Positions 36,931-50,925 of a stretch of 64,000 nucleotides of DNA are shown piece after piece. Below the pieces are notes generated by a model. The model saw nothing but the letters and a program-made list of their open reading frames with translations, was not told the origin of the DNA and ran no database searches. Both the position numbers and the translations under genes were made by a program. Source of the stretch: Cetorhinus maximus (lineage: Eukaryota); NCBI RefSeq assembly GCF_964194155.1, contig NC_135883.1, forward strand, positions 52,328,001 to 52,392,000, given 5' to 3'. The first letter of the stretch is position 1. Every line of letters begins with the position of its first letter.

Positions 36931-38817
36931 TAGATTTATTGACCGACTATCTTTTAGGGATTGGCGTATGTAACAATATGATGGAAGAGTTGCATAAATC
37001 TGTAATTTTGTCTTAGTCTAGAATAAAACGTTGTAACCACATTACTAAGGAGTCAATTTTTCAATGGGTTGTGAATCTGTATGTCATTGACAACCAGCCA
37101 GTTCAAAACTATCAGTAATTAAAGCATAAAGCTAGTTCCACCCAAACTATGGCCATCTGATGCCAAAAAAATACTCTGGACTCTATTCCATGTAGTCACT
37201 TTATGAATAATTTTCAACACGCTGTTGCCTGGACTTCCAAAAAGCTTAAGACAATTTGGTGACTTCACCTTCATTGCTGATCTCCTTAAGACCTCCCTAT
37301 TACTTTGTCTCAGCTTTGCAATACATTCAAATCAATGTAGAGGATTGATGGAAGAACAAGGCAGAAAGTAAGGATGTCTTCATTTTAGTTTCTGAAAGGA
37401 ATTTATTTTCCACATATGTCACCGCTGCCATTCTCCCTATCATTTCAAACTGGGTTGAAGTAGTTGAACAATTTCATTATGATTCATCGCTTTATAACTT
37501 TTCTCTTATAATTATTACTACCTTGATCAAAATGGATGTGGGATTGGTTTGGGTGGAGCCAATATGCAGTGTGGGAATGAAAGAAAATCCCATGATTCCT
37601 GCATTGATTGTAGAGGGTACAAAACCCCTCAAAGAGCACTCCAATTATCTACCCAACCTGGATGATGAAAACTGAACATTTGAAGAATACATAACTTTCT
37701 GAAGGAAAAATAGTGATTTATAATCACAGAATTCTTCAATTTTAGTTTTATTTTTGTGAAAAATTTGTGATTTTTTTAATGTTTAATGTTGGGTGAATTG
37801 GAGAAACAAATGTGAAAGTTTTAGATAAATGGGTAGAAATTGTACTTTGCTGTGCCTGCCTTGTGAGCATTAAACAGAAACAACATGGACCAATTTAAGT
37901 ACCAAGGCCCCATGTGAAAAGATGCCTGGGTCAATATTGGGTCAGACCATTTGACCCAAGTCATGGTTTAAAACAGGTATTAGGTCTCTCCCATACCTAA
38001 ATGAAGGGCCTAACGTTGGTTTTAGGCCACCTGACAGGGGTGAGCCTTCTCCATTCAGGATTCTTTATGGCAGCCACCAGCAAAAGGTAAGCCATGTTCT
38101 CAAACTCATTAAAAATTGTTCATGTGACATAAGGAGGAGAAGCAGGAGTGCTCCCCTGCCCCACCCCCTGTGGGAAGATGGGAATTGGCCATTGAGAACA
38201 ATTGGTCTTGTGTCAATTGCCATTTGTGGAAAGAGTTCCAAACTTCTTATAGCCTTTGCATTTAGCAGTGTTTCCACAGACTGCATAGCTTTGCAATCAA
38301 ACCCCAACTACCATCCCAATCCTACCATTTGGTCATAACTTAGGGCCACTACCAGCCAAGGAAGCAACCTGAAATTGAAAAAGCTGAAATGGACAAGCTA
38401 CCAGAGCTTGAGAGCTGGATGAAGTTGAAGCCCAAGGTCTGAACACTGATTTGGGACCCAAAAATGGGCCCAATTTTCATCCCCGCTCTCTCCCACCGCG
38501 CTCCCACCACTCTCTCTCTTCCCCCCCACCCAAAAAAATTTTCATCCCTGCTCTCCTCCTCACCCCTAAGCATTTATTTGAAAGACAGCAGCGTTGATGT
38601 TATCAGTATTCAATGTTTTTGAGGGCATTTAAAGAAGGAATATTACACGAGGACTTCTCACTAGTTGAAATACAAAAAGAGGAAATGCAGCTTTTTAAAA
38701 AGCTAGGAGAATTTTTTCCAATTCAATTCCCAAGTAACAAATGAAAAGGATGGATTTTCAAGAGATAATAAAAGAACATCAGCAAATTCTGAACAAATGA
38801 GTCAAAATCAGGTGATA

Positions 38818-39571
38818 TGTTATGAGTAATGCGGTTGGTAAAGCACAATTATTTAAAATTCCCAGAGAGGAAACAACTATCATAACCTATAATTTTAAGT
38901 GTTATATTTGAGCAACTCTAAATTCAGGAATCAGACCACCAGTTCTCGAGCCTTTACATTAAACTGAATGAAACATTTTATTAATTTACATAGGTTACAA
39001 TATATATACACAAGGCTTCAAATTACTGCTATCACAACTTTGAACAAATTCCCAAACTAATCTGCATTAAGGTAGCAGCAACCTTAATGTTGTTTAAGAC
39101 TTAACCAAACACCAGGCAAAGCATTTTCACCTTACAAATTCAAAATAAGGTTCTTTTCACTTTGGTTCCTGTGGAGACCGTTGGAGGCTTACAGGTGCCT
39201 TTTGATCTCTCATAGCTTCTGCCCTGCACACATAAAACTGCCACCCCCATTGAATGTAAATTCTCATTGTATCATCAACCTCTGAACTAAACCTCTCTAA
39301 CAATAAAACCCCTTTTGTAGTACCAATTTTATTAGTAATATAAACACATTGCTTGGTATCTGCTAGATAGGTGTCAGCTTTCACCCCACTTCTTGAATGC
39401 TTTATTCAAAAAATGCAAATATACTCTACCTCTCTGTTTACGTCTCAAAACTAGTACATACCAAAGCACCCAGACTTAGCTAGGTTTAATCCAATTAAGA
39501 CACACCCACAGACTAAACCTCTATTTTAAAAAAACATTTCCAATAATAATATACACAATAGCTTCATGACG
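38818..39571 (-). mobile_element. Solo LTR
   Basis: TGTTATGA...TCATGACG termini, perfect 4-bp TSD GATA (38814-38817, 39572-39575); distantly similar to the 5572 and 9907 copies. Confidence 0.82.
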
Positions 39572-41358
39572 GATAACTGATGTGGAATCATATGGTTAAT
39601 TTTAAACATAAAGCTTTCATTTATAAAGTTGCTGAAATAATGGATCCATCTGCTGGGATGACTTTAAAAAGCTTTATTTGCCCAGGCTGTAAAATATGTA
39701 GTTTTTTTAAACATTAAATTATGCAACATATAAAGAAGAAAAATCTAACAATGTGTATGCAACTCAACGGTAGACCTCCTATTGGAAATAAATTCGGTCC
39801 AAATCCATGCACAGAGCATTCTCAAATGGTTCAAAGATTGAGATTTACTTTTTAAAAATTAACAATCAATCTCAAGTCAATTGCTGATTGCAGAAGAGCG
39901 TTCCAAACTTCTACTAGCCTTTATGTGTAGAAGTACTTCCACAGGCCCCACCTATCACTGGACCACTCCCCCCCCCCCCCCCCCCCAATCTCCTATCAGG
40001 GCCTCTACCAACCAAGCAAGCCGAAGTTGGGAAAAGTTGAAATGGGCAAGCTGCCAGCACTTGAGCATAGCCCAAAGACCTCAGCACTGATTTTGGGACC
40101 TGAAAATGGACGCTGATAAATTTTGCTCCCCGCCACCAGCCAAAACATGTTATTTGTTTTGTAAAATCATGTTCATGTTATCACCATTCAAGAGCTGTCC
40201 TGCTTACTCATCTTTTCAGTGGAGCTGACTTTAGAATTTGGATTGACATATTTGAGTGGAGTCAATATTGCTTTGAACTTTCTGTAACTTGGTACTTTTA
40301 TAAATTTAATGTGCCTGTATCTGGTTTAAATCTGAATCTGTTATTTCCTGGTTATGATGTAAACACTGACACTTCCAACAGAAAATGTGAATGTTTTTTG
40401 AAAGTCAAGTAATGTGTTTGCTGTGGCAACCTGTCACTGATTCAGGACCAAAATTGGTTTGAACTGAAAGTGCTTTACATTTAAGTAGTGTTACATTTTA
40501 CATCACAGAAGATACCGAAAGCACTGGCAAAATTGAACCTCAAGAAACCAAGACAAATGAGCAAAATTATCCAGATTACATTGTCAGTGGATGGCCGAGC
40601 ATTCTCTCTCTCTGTTTCCAGAACCTAATTTTTTCAGTCAAAAAATGCTCCATTAAACTTAACCATAGAGTAACCTTTTCTTTGTGGCACTCTTGCACCT
40701 ATCACTCACAATTTAATGGTCAATTACCTCATACCAAAAACTTTTGATGGCATAATCTTGTAACAAGCAACAGTCTGAGCTTTGTAATGGATCACATTGG
40801 AAACATTCAAGAGATTATTCTCCAAGTCTGAGAACAGTTAATATTCTTGGGACATGAGGAGGAGGAAACTTCAAGTAGGCTTCATTAAAACTTCCTAAGA
40901 TAATTTGACCTGAGTGAGACCATCTGTAAATGTGGGCAATATTAGGATTTTGCCCCACACAGTTGATCTTGACAGTATCTTTAATGCTTGGCAAGCAAGA
41001 TGGGGGAAAAAAAACTTTAGGGGTTTGCTATTTTTGAAGGTTTGTATTGTTTTATTGGTGACCAGATTTTGAACAATTTTGGAGTGTTTCACATTCCATT
41101 ACTTCTGACACTTGAGCCTGTTTCCCTCTCATGTACTACTGCTAGTTGGATTTACTCATCCCCCTCAGTGCGCAATGTCACAAAAATACGCACAACTATG
41201 CTTGCAAACTCCATGTACTCTTGCGCTGCTTCAAACCCTGTAGGACAAACATACAGTCACAAATATGTAAAATGTGGCAATGTAACAATATAGTCTAATA
41301 GAACTGAAAGAAAATTGGTAAAGAAAAGAAAGGTAGACATTTACCTTGTAGAAGTTAA

Positions 41359-42030
41359 GGGCAGAATTTTGCGCTTGATGGGTGGGCGGGCCCCACCGGC
41401 TCAGCAGCGGGCGGGCAGCCGATTGTCGCCGCCGAAACGAGCCCTGCCGCCATTTTAAGTGGGCGGGCCAATTAAGGCTCATCCAATGGGCCGCCTGACG
41501 GGAAGTGCTATCCGCTTCCTGTGTGCTGGGGTAGGGTGGGTGGGTGGGGGGGGAATTCCCCAACTGTCAGCATGAAAGAGCGCACATCTCCCTGAGGCAA
41601 AGTGCTGCCTCAGGGAGATCGCTGAAAGGCTGGCAAATATAAAAAATAGAACAATAAAAAAATCATTAACATGTCCCCCTCATGTGAAAATGCCACACGA
41701 GATGGGACATGTTAATGAAATAAACAAAAACTTTATTAAACATTTTTAAAACCACTATCAAACCTCATCCTGCCACTGGGTGAGGTTTGTAAAAAAACGC
41801 CTACCTGTTGGGCCCGTGCCTCGAGCTGAAGTTCGCATGGGCCCCTCAAAATCGTCGACGATTGGTAAGTTAAGGGCCTTAACGAGGCCTTTAATTAATG
41901 GCGGGCGTGCGTCCCACTGCATAGTGCGCCCGCCGACCGAAATATCACGATGCCGTGCGCTGACGTCGGAATATTTTAAGCGCTGGCGTGTGGGGTCCGC
42001 CACCCATGCGCCAGCCAGAAGATTCTGCCC
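41359..42030. mobile_element. PIF/Harbinger-type MITE
   Basis: TIRs GGGCAGAATTTT / AAGATTCTGCCC with canonical Harbinger TSD TAA (41356-41358, 42031-42033). Confidence 0.92.
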
Positions 42031-42234
42031 TAAGAAACCGTCACCCAATGAAGAACGGCAGCTGATTACAGATAGCTCCAGATGCTGAGAATTGTTCCTG
42101 GTGAACTAGTACGTGATATATTTTTCTGAATTAATTACAGCCGTATTTCTTGCAGTTCACAATGGTACAGACGTGAGAGGCCCCAAAGAAATGAATCTTA
42201 ATTTTCTAGTTTTCAGTGCATGTGAAAACATTGC

Positions 42235-42365
42235 AAACGCAAAATATGCTGGAAATATCCAGCAGGTCAAGTAGCATCTGTGGAAAGAGAAACTTAGTTA
42301 ACGTTTCGAGTCAATAACTTTTCATCAGATGTTGCCTGACCTGAGTATTTCCAGCATTTTCTGTG
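42235..42365. mobile_element. Palindromic mini-element derived from Penelope termini, with hammerhead core
   Basis: Arms ATGCTGGAAATA..CAGGTCA..GCATCTG and CAGATGTTG..TGACCTG..TATTTCCAGCAT; minus strand reads CUGAUGA..GAAACGUUA. Confidence 0.7.
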
Positions 42366-42638
42366 CATTGATACTGCAGTTAACTTCTCTGGAATTGAAT
42401 TATTTGTTACAGTCTAATAACTTTGCTACAGCATTATTGGTCCTTTCCTATTTCAATTAAAAGATTTTGCCAATTTTCTTGCACTCCATTTTGGAACTCA
42501 TTATAAGACATTACTAAACAAAAATATCTAAATTTTTCTTTCTTTGGTGATGTACATTTTTATCAACTGTCATGCACAGTACAGGCATGATGATATTACA
42601 AATTTTAAAGCTTTTTTTTTAACATGGATCCGATGAAC

Positions 42639-43620
42639 TGTTACGGTGGCTGACAAGGGGATCAGGTGATGTTTGCAACTTCAACACAGACTATCAAGCT
42701 TCCAGAAAGATCCAAATTGAATCATAATGGTTTGAGGTGTACCCCATGAATGGACATACCTAAACAGAACTCTTTTGTGGAATTCTTGCCTGCCATTGTT
42801 GAAGCTTACCCCAAAACACAGAGTCAATGGATTCCTAGACTCTGTCTCCAGGTTTGCAAAGTAACAAAGGAAAGCTGACTAGACCAGTTATCCACAAGCT
42901 AAGTGTGAAAGATCACCATTTACTTTCCATTGAAAATCAATGGTTGTTGACCATATTGAAACTGGTTCTCTGATACTGAAATCCTTTTGTTCCAGAACTC
43001 GGAAGAGACCTGGGGTAGACTGCAGAATAACACTGACAAGACAACAGCTGTAGAGAAAAGCTGCGTCACCTTTGCCTTCCAAGAACCAAGAGGCTTTAAA
43101 GTCTTTTTAAAAGCCTCCCAGTCTGATTCCAAAACATGGAGTTCACTTGTAAAGAAATTGGATCTCCTGATACAACAGCCATGAATGCCTGACTACATGA
43201 CCTGTTCAACAGTCTTCTCTTCAAAGGAACCCTGCTATTAATCCAGATATCCGGTCCCAGCTATTTGAACTTATCAGAAATATAATTCAAGAGTGGAAAA
43301 GCTTTTTTCACTGGACTCTCAAAGACATGTGAATTGTTAATTATTCCTTTGGTTTAATATTTGTAGAAGTGCAATACCTTCTTTAATTGTATCTTGACTC
43401 TGTGGTGTGTGACTGACTTAGCAATTGATCTTGCAGGGTGTGTGAATAAACAATCCTCTTTGTTTAAAGTAACTAAAATCTGCTGCAAGTACTCTAAATT
43501 GACCACACACTATTAGGGTTTTAGAAACACACACCTTTTCAAACGTAAACCACACTGATTAGGGAGAGATGGAGAGGAAATTGGGCATTTCCACTTACCT
43601 CTCCCCCACTGTCCATAACA
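42639..43620 (+). mobile_element. Solo LTR-like element
   Basis: TGTTACGG...CCATAACA termini and AATAAA at about 43445; TSD is poor. Confidence 0.6.
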
Positions 43621-44314
43621 AAAGCCAGAGTTATGTTATTGTACATGATTGTGACATTTTTGTGGAGATTCACATTGATACATTGTTAATACTTTAACTT
43701 AAATCAGCAAAATACATTTAAAAACTGCTTTGTTGCTATCAGAATCTAGGACTTCCAGATCAGAAGTATTATGGGTTACTTGAAGAGTAAAGCTTCCTTT
43801 TATCCTGATTCACAATGTGCCTAAATCCCAACCTAAGGCATACACCATCCATGCAACATTTTGATCTCTTGCCTCTGAACATTTGCCAATGATTTATCAC
43901 TGTGAGCCCTTGCCCAATAAAACACATTTTCTTTAGGATCTTTGGAGAGAAAATCTTAAACTGCAGATCCAAAGCTAGAGGAATTAACTCATCCTGATTC
44001 CAACACGAGACAACAGGATCTTAAGTTTACCTCCATGTGAGAGAGAAAGCAAAGATGCATTGTCTAGTAAAGCTGTCCTCTGTCTTATGAATGTGCCATG
44101 ATGTGAGTTGTAGAAAATTGTGACTATGTAACTGTTGCACCAAACTAATGTACAAGGAAGCGCAGAAGTTTCTGGAAAGGACAATTAGAATTGGGCCTAG
44201 CAAGAAAAACTTGCATTTACATCACAAAACCTTATCGCTGAGGAAGATAATTCATTTTATGTTTGTTCATCCATTCAGAAACGCTCTAAAATCCACCTCC
44301 CACTCCATTACTGA

Positions 44315-44760
44315 CCGTTTCTCAGTGGTAACACTTTTATCCCTGAGGCAGAAGGTTGTCGGTTCAATTTCCATTCCAAAGATGAACAGATAATCTTGAC
44401 GGACACCTCAGGCCAGCAGTAAGGTAACAACGAGGTGTTGGAGCTGCTGTCCTTACATATAACATAAAATGTTAAATGGAGCCTTTGTCTGTCCTCTCTA
44501 ATGAACATAAAAGATCCTGTGGCACTAATTGAAGAGGAGGAGGTAGTTCTGGTACCTAGCCAATACTTATCCTTCAACCAACAAATCATCTAGTTATTTA
44601 TCTCATTCCTGTTCATAGGACTTTTCTGCGTACACATTGTCTGCTGTGTTTCTCTTTTTACAACAGTAATTGATTGCACTTCAAATATTTATGTGAAGCA
44701 TACTGGAATATCTTGAGGTCATAAAATATTCTATGTAAATGAAAGCTTTTTGTTCTTTCT
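44315..44760 (+). mobile_element. Deu-domain SINE (SacSINE1/AmnSINE-like)
   Basis: tRNA-like head (CTCAGTGG..GGTTCAATTTCC), Deu-like core TAAAAGATCCTGTGGCACTAATTGAAGA, tail TGTAAATGAAAGCTTTTTG. Confidence 0.75.
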
Positions 44761-44835
44761 GCCCTTTCTTCCAAAATGCATTGCTTTGAAGATATCAATG
44801 GATCAGGTGGGCAGGAACATGCCAAATCAAATTCA

Positions 44836-46352
44836 ATCTGGAGAACTGTGAAGTAATGCATTTGAGGAGGGCAACCAAAGCAAGGGCCTACACAATAAAT
44901 GGTAGGACACTGTACTTAGGTGTATAGAGGAACAGGAGGGATCTTGTAGTGCATGTCCACAGATCCCTGAAGGTAGATAAGCTGGTTAAGAAGGCTCGCA
45001 GGATACTTTCCGTCATTAGCCCAGACATGGAATTTAAAAACAGGGAGATTATTCAATGTTAAGAAATACAAATACTTAACTCTGAGGTCAGAATCTCCAA
45101 TTCCCAGCGGGCCTTGGGCCTTCTGTGCATGCAGGCACCCAGCCCCGCACACATGCGCAGAAGAAAAGAAGTGAAACAGCGTGAAAGTGGAGGTCAGGTG
45201 ACCTGAACAGGAGTGCCATTTGAGAGAAGGTGCCCCAGGGAGTAGGACACGGGGAGGAGGACAGGGAGAAAGTCCTGGACCCCAAGAAGAAGATCCCAAC
45301 CAGGGATTGGAACAGGAGGTCCCAGAAGACAGTCCCAGGTGAGGGACAAGGGTAGAGATGGGAAACATATCCTGTTGAGTAAAGTTGAGAGAAAGGAGCA
45401 GAGAAAAAAGCTCCAGGTTAAAGAAAGCTCTGCGAGGAGCAGACTTGAAGTGAAATGATCTTGAGAGAAGCCCTGAAGATCTGAGAGGGTAGCCAAATGT
45501 TGGTGACTCCGTAAGAGCAACCATTTTGGAGCAGTGGTGTTCTGCTTGGCATAGCCATAGATCTGAAAGTGTGCTTGGAAGGTGAAACTTGAGTGTATGC
45601 AGAGATCCAGAGGAAAGAATCTCAGAAGGCAAGATTGAAACTCTGGAGATACATCCTTGTTAAGCTGTTTGAGTGGGAGCAATGTTTGAAGAGAATTCCA
45701 AGGCAAGATCTTCAAATGTAGAAATTGGAAACCCTTGTGAGAAGGAAAGAGTTTCAGTGAGACCAGTTGGCTCAGTGTGACAAGCGTCTGGGTGGGTTGT
45801 TGAGAAATCTATAGAATCTGCTTTGATCACATCTGTCATTTACTTTGGAGTGTGGTGTGGCTGACCACAGTTCACCAGTTGATTCACAGTACCACATAGT
45901 TACCCTGAATATTAGAGTATCAGACAGATATGGTAAATTGTTTTAACTTTCCTAATTTGTACGTGTCTGTAAAGATATAACTGGGGTGAAGGAATTGTGA
46001 GTATTTGAATCATTTTCTTGTGTTTGTATTGAAATTTTTCCAACCTTTTTGCCTGGTGTAATATTCATTTTTCCTGTTTAATATATGTTTCATTCTTTGT
46101 GTTAAAAGTTCATTAGCAGACTCCTGTGAATTTGTTCAGGAACTTATCTCCACAGTTTCTAAAAAAAAGTTAGGATCTATCAAGCCAGGTTCCACTCTGG
46201 GATCTGACTTGTCCAGTGGTAACATCAGCTGGGATCGTAACAAGCAGAACTGTATAAAACATTAGTTAGGCCACAACTAGCTGTGTGCAGTTCTGGTTGC
46301 CACATTACAGGAAGGATGTGGTCACACTAGAGAGGGTACAGAGGAGATTTAA
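44836..46352 (+). mobile_element. CR1 ORF2 fragment split by an LTR-like element
   Basis: 44836-45056 and 46243-46352 are colinear with the CR1 at 53120-53455. Confidence 0.75.
45057..46242 (+). mobile_element. Solo LTR-like element
   Basis: TGTTAAGA...TCGTAACA termini; interrupts a CR1; homologous to 1636-2588. Confidence 0.65.
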
Positions 46353-48389
46353 CATACTTTAATGTAGTTTAAAGCCACATGGAGAGATGTAAAAAATACG
46401 TTTGATAAAGCTCCAGCATTTTGAAGCTAACTTATGAACCAGAAGGCATAACAGCACTCCTGAATCACAGAAGGCTATTTGCTGGCATATTTAAAGTGCC
46501 ACTGCTGTACTTGATACACAAGTTGTTTTTTAGGAATATAGATTTGTGGTTAATATTGATGTTTCTGTTGAAATTCAACTTTATGCATTTTGATGTGACA
46601 TCTGACAAAAGCCTGCTTTAAGTGTTCAAAATATAAATGTGAAAGGATTAATTCACATGCAGCTCATAAACATCTAAATCATTATGGTTTGGGTGGCAAA
46701 TCCAGTGAGAATATTTTACTCATGGTTTTGAGGCTGCTGCAAACTGCTAAATGAAATGTTTAATTGAAGGACAACAAAATCTATTTCTGACGTCACAGGA
46801 AGCAAATTTTGCATTTTAAAGGAATGTTAGCCTTTCCACATCTTTGCGGTTGACTCAACACTTGGCCAGATCATCCCTACTATATATTTGGATTAATCAA
46901 AAAGCACATTCTTGTCTCAGTAAAGCAAAGCTAAAATAGTGCAGCGTGCAACTGGTATTCATAATTGCTTCTCTCACATGCAACAGGCATTGAAACTCAA
47001 ATTCTACTCATTTGCTCCACATTATGATTGCACAATACAAATATAGATAAGGGAGGAGATTCAACACATCTTAACTCATCCATCAAGGAGGAAAATTTAG
47101 GGCAGGACCTTAAATGACAAAGCGGAGTGGGCTCGGGTGTTAAATTCCCCCCCCCAAAATGCTAGCGAGACAAAAATCCAACGTGACCCAGCTCATTTCC
47201 ACCTTTTACTGGGGCATGTTTGGAGCTGTGCAGGATATTCCTTTGGAGATGTCAGGTCTGTAATTTAAATATGTTGAGAGCCAATTAAGACTTTAACCCA
47301 GAATTCTGGCTTTAATAGCCAGCACATGGGCTTCCCAAACTGTGTGAAACTTGTCAGGATCAACAAGGCGAGAGCAAAGCAGTGTTTAATTGCTTAATGA
47401 AATCAACAGTTTGTAGATCGACACTGCACAGCTGTTTCCCTGCCTATGTGAAAGGTGCTACTAATAGAACTTGTTCTCAGTGTGCTTTCACCACATCACA
47501 GGTGATTTCCAACATTTTGGAAGTCAGTTCACCTCTCTTGAACTTCCCGCCTGTCTACCTTCACTACAGCATGACAGCAATTTATACACTTGGATCTCTG
47601 ATGAGGAACAAATCGAACAGCAGTGGGAGCAACACCCCCAGCTTCAGTTACCTTCTCTAAATCTACATGCACTCCACAGGACGGAGGGGCGTACACAGAG
47701 TTCCAGTTCAAAGAATGTGATACTTTCCCCACAAGAATTTTTTTATTCATTTATGTGAGCATCGCTGGTAAGATCAGCATTTATTGCCAATCCCTAATTG
47801 CAATTGAGAAGATGGTGATGAGCTGGGTTCTTGAACCACTGCAGTTCAAGTGGTGTTGGTACACCCACAGTGCTGATAGGGAGAGAGTTCCAAAATTTTG
47901 ACCTAGCGATAGTGAAAGAATGGCGATATAGTTCAAAGCCTGGATGGTGTGTGGCTTGGAGATCTTGCAGGTGGTGGTGTTCCCATGTACCTGCTGTTCT
48001 TGTTCTTCGATGTGGGAGAGGTTGTGGGTTTGGAGGGTGTTATTGAAGGAGCCTTGGAGAGTTGTTGCAGTGCATCTTGTATATAGTACACACTGCTGCC
48101 ACTGTGCATAATAATGGAAGGAGTGAATGTTTAAGCTGGTGGATGGGTACTGATCAAGCAGGCTGCTTTATACTGTATGGTGTCAAGCTTCTTGAGTGTT
48201 GTTGCAGCTACACTCAATCAGGCAAGCAGAAAGTATTCCATCACACTCCAGATTTGTGCCTTATAGATGGTGGACAGGCTTTAGGGAGTTTGAAGGTCAA
48301 CCACTCTGTCCAGAATTCCCAGCCTCTGACCTGCTCTTATAGCCACAGTATTTATATGGCTTGACCAGTTAGTTTATGGTAAATGGTGA

Positions 48390-50925
48390 AAGCAAAAAAC
48401 TGCGGATGCTGGAAATCCAAAACAAAAACAAAAATACCTGGAAAAACTCAGCAGGTCTGGCAACATCTGCGGAGAGGAGCACTGTTAATGTTTTGAGTCC
48501 GAGTGACCCTTCAACAGAACTAAGTAAAAATAGGAGAGGTGAAATATAAGCTGGTTTAGGGTGGGGTGGGGGGGTGCGGGGGTGGGTGGTACAAGAAGAG
48601 CTGGATAGAAGACCAGTGATAGGTGGAGATAACCAAAAGATGTCACAGACAAAAGGCCAAAGAGGTGTTGAAGGTGGTGATATTATCTAAAGGAATGTGC
48701 TAATTAAGGGTAGAAAGCAGGACGAGCAAGGTACAGATAGCCCTAGTGGGGGTGGGGGGAAGGGATCGAAATAGGCTATAAGGTAAAGATAAAACAATGG
48801 ATGGAAATACACTTAAAAATAATGGAAGTAGGTAGGAAAAGAAAAATCTATATAAATTATTGGGAAAAACAAAAAGGAGGGGGAAAATTGGAAAGGGGGT
48901 GGGGATGGAGGAGAGAGTTCATGATCTAAAATTGTTGAACTCAATATTCAGTCCGGAAGGCTGTAAAGTGCCTAGTCGGAAGATGAGGTGCTGTTCCTCC
49001 AGTTTGTGTTGAGCTTCACTGGAACAATGCAGTAAACCAAGGACGGACATCTGGGCATGAGAGCAGGGTGGAGTGTTGAAATGGCAAGCGACAGGGAGGT
49101 CTGGGTCATGCTTGGGACAGACCGAAGGTGTTCTGCAAAGCGGTCACCCAGTCTGCGTTTGGTCTCTCCAATGTAGAGGAAACCGCATTGGGAGCAACGA
49201 ATGCAGTAGACTAAGTTGAGGGAAGTGCAAGTGAAATGCTACTTCACTTGAAAGGAGTGTTTGGGCCCTTGGACGGTGAAGAGAGGGGAAGTAAAGGGGC
49301 AGGTGTTGCACCTTCTGCGGTTGCATGGGAAGGTGCCGTGGGAGGGGGTTGAGGTATAGGGGGTGATGGAGGAGTGGACCAGGGTGTCCCGGAGGGAATG
49401 ATCCCCGCGGAATGCCGCTGGGGGGGGTGAAGGGAAGATGTGTTTGGTGGTGTCATCATGCTGGAGTTGGCGGAAATGGCGGAGAATGATCTTTGAATGC
49501 GAAGGCTGGTGGGGTGATAAGTGAGGACAAGGGGGACCCTATCATGTTTCTGGGAGGGAGAAGAAGGTGTGAGGGTGGATGCGCGGGAGATGGGCCGGAC
49601 ACGGTTGAGGGCCCTGTCAACCACCGTGGGTGGAAAACCTCGGTTAAGGAAGAAGGAGGACATGTCAGAGGAACTCTTTTTGAAAGTGGCATCATCAGAA
49701 CAGATGCGACAGAGGCGAAGGAACTGAGAGAATGGGGTAGAGTCCTTACAGGAAGTGGGGTGTGAGGAGCTGTAGTCGAGGTAGCTGTGGGAGTTGGTAG
49801 GCTTGTAATGGATATTGGTGGACAGTCTATCACCAGAAATTGAGACGGAGAGGTCAAGGAAGGGAAGGAAAGTGTCAGAGATGGACCATGTAAAAATGAT
49901 GGAGGGGTGGAAATTGGAAGCAAAATTAATAAATTTTTTCAGGTCCGGACGAGAGCATGAAGCAGCACCGAAGTAATCATCGATGTACCGGAGAAAGAGT
50001 TGTGGGAGGGGGCCAGAGTAGGACTGGAACAAGGAATGTTCCACATACCCCATAAAGAGACAGACATAGCTGGGGCCCATGTGGGTACCCATAGCCACAC
50101 CTTTTATTTGGAGGAAGTGAGAGGAGTTTAAGGAGAAATTGTTCAGTGTGAGAACAAGTTCAGCCAGACGGAGGAGAGTAGTGGTGGATGGGGATTGTTT
50201 GGGCCTCTGTTTGAGGAAGAAGCTAAGAGCCCTCAAACCATCCTGGTGGGGGATGGAGGTGTAGAGGGATTGGACGTCCATGGTGAAGAGGAGGCAGTTG
50301 GGGCCAGGGAACTATAAATTGTTGATATGATGTAGGGTGTCAGAGGAATCACGGATGTAGGTGGGAAGGGACTGGACAAGGGGAGAGAGAATGGAGTTAA
50401 GATAGCAAGAAATGAGTTCCGTGGGGCAGGAGCAGGCTGACAAGATCGGTCTGCCGGGACAGTCCTGTTTGTGGATTTTGGGTAGGAGGTAGAAGCGGGC
50501 TGTCCGAGGTTGGGAGACTATCAGGTTGGAAGCTGTGGAAGGAAGATCTCCAGAGGAGATGAGGTCAGTAACAGTCCTGGAAACAATAACTTGATGTTCA
50601 GTGGTGGGGTCATGGTCCAGGGAGAGGTAGGAGGAAGTGTCTGCGAGTTGACGCTCAGCCTCTGCGAGGTAGAGGTCAGTGCGCCTGACAATGTCAGGGT
50701 TGGACCTGAGAGAACGGAGTGCAGCAAGTTCAGAAAGAGACAGGTTAGAGTGGGTGAGAGCAGCAGAGAAATTGAGACGACTAATATCACGCCGACAGTT
50801 CTCAATGACAAGATCAAGAGAAGGTAAGAATCCAGAGGGAGGGGTCCAGGTGGAGGGAGAATATTGGAGGTGGGTAAAAGGATCCGTTGAATGGGGAGAG
50901 GACTCCTGCCCAAAGAAGTGAGCAC
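48390..50925 (-). mobile_element. 5'-truncated Penelope-like retroelement (RT + GIY-YIG)
   Basis: 345-aa ORF 49244-50281 with MDVQSLYTSIP, GVAMGTHMGPS and RYIDD; GIY-YIG follows after a frameshift; approximate 12-bp TSD GGTAAATGGTGA / GGTAAACGGTAA. Confidence 0.93.

Noticed and set aside
37830-40140. Similar segments at about 38345-38484 and 40005-40110
   Set aside because: Probably remnants of an old MITE; too decayed to define ends or a TSD.
44916-45715. Long ORFs (238 and 173 aa) on the minus strand
   Set aside because: Low-complexity S/L/P-rich translations of a purine-rich LTR-like element spanning a CR1 junction; no domain motifs.
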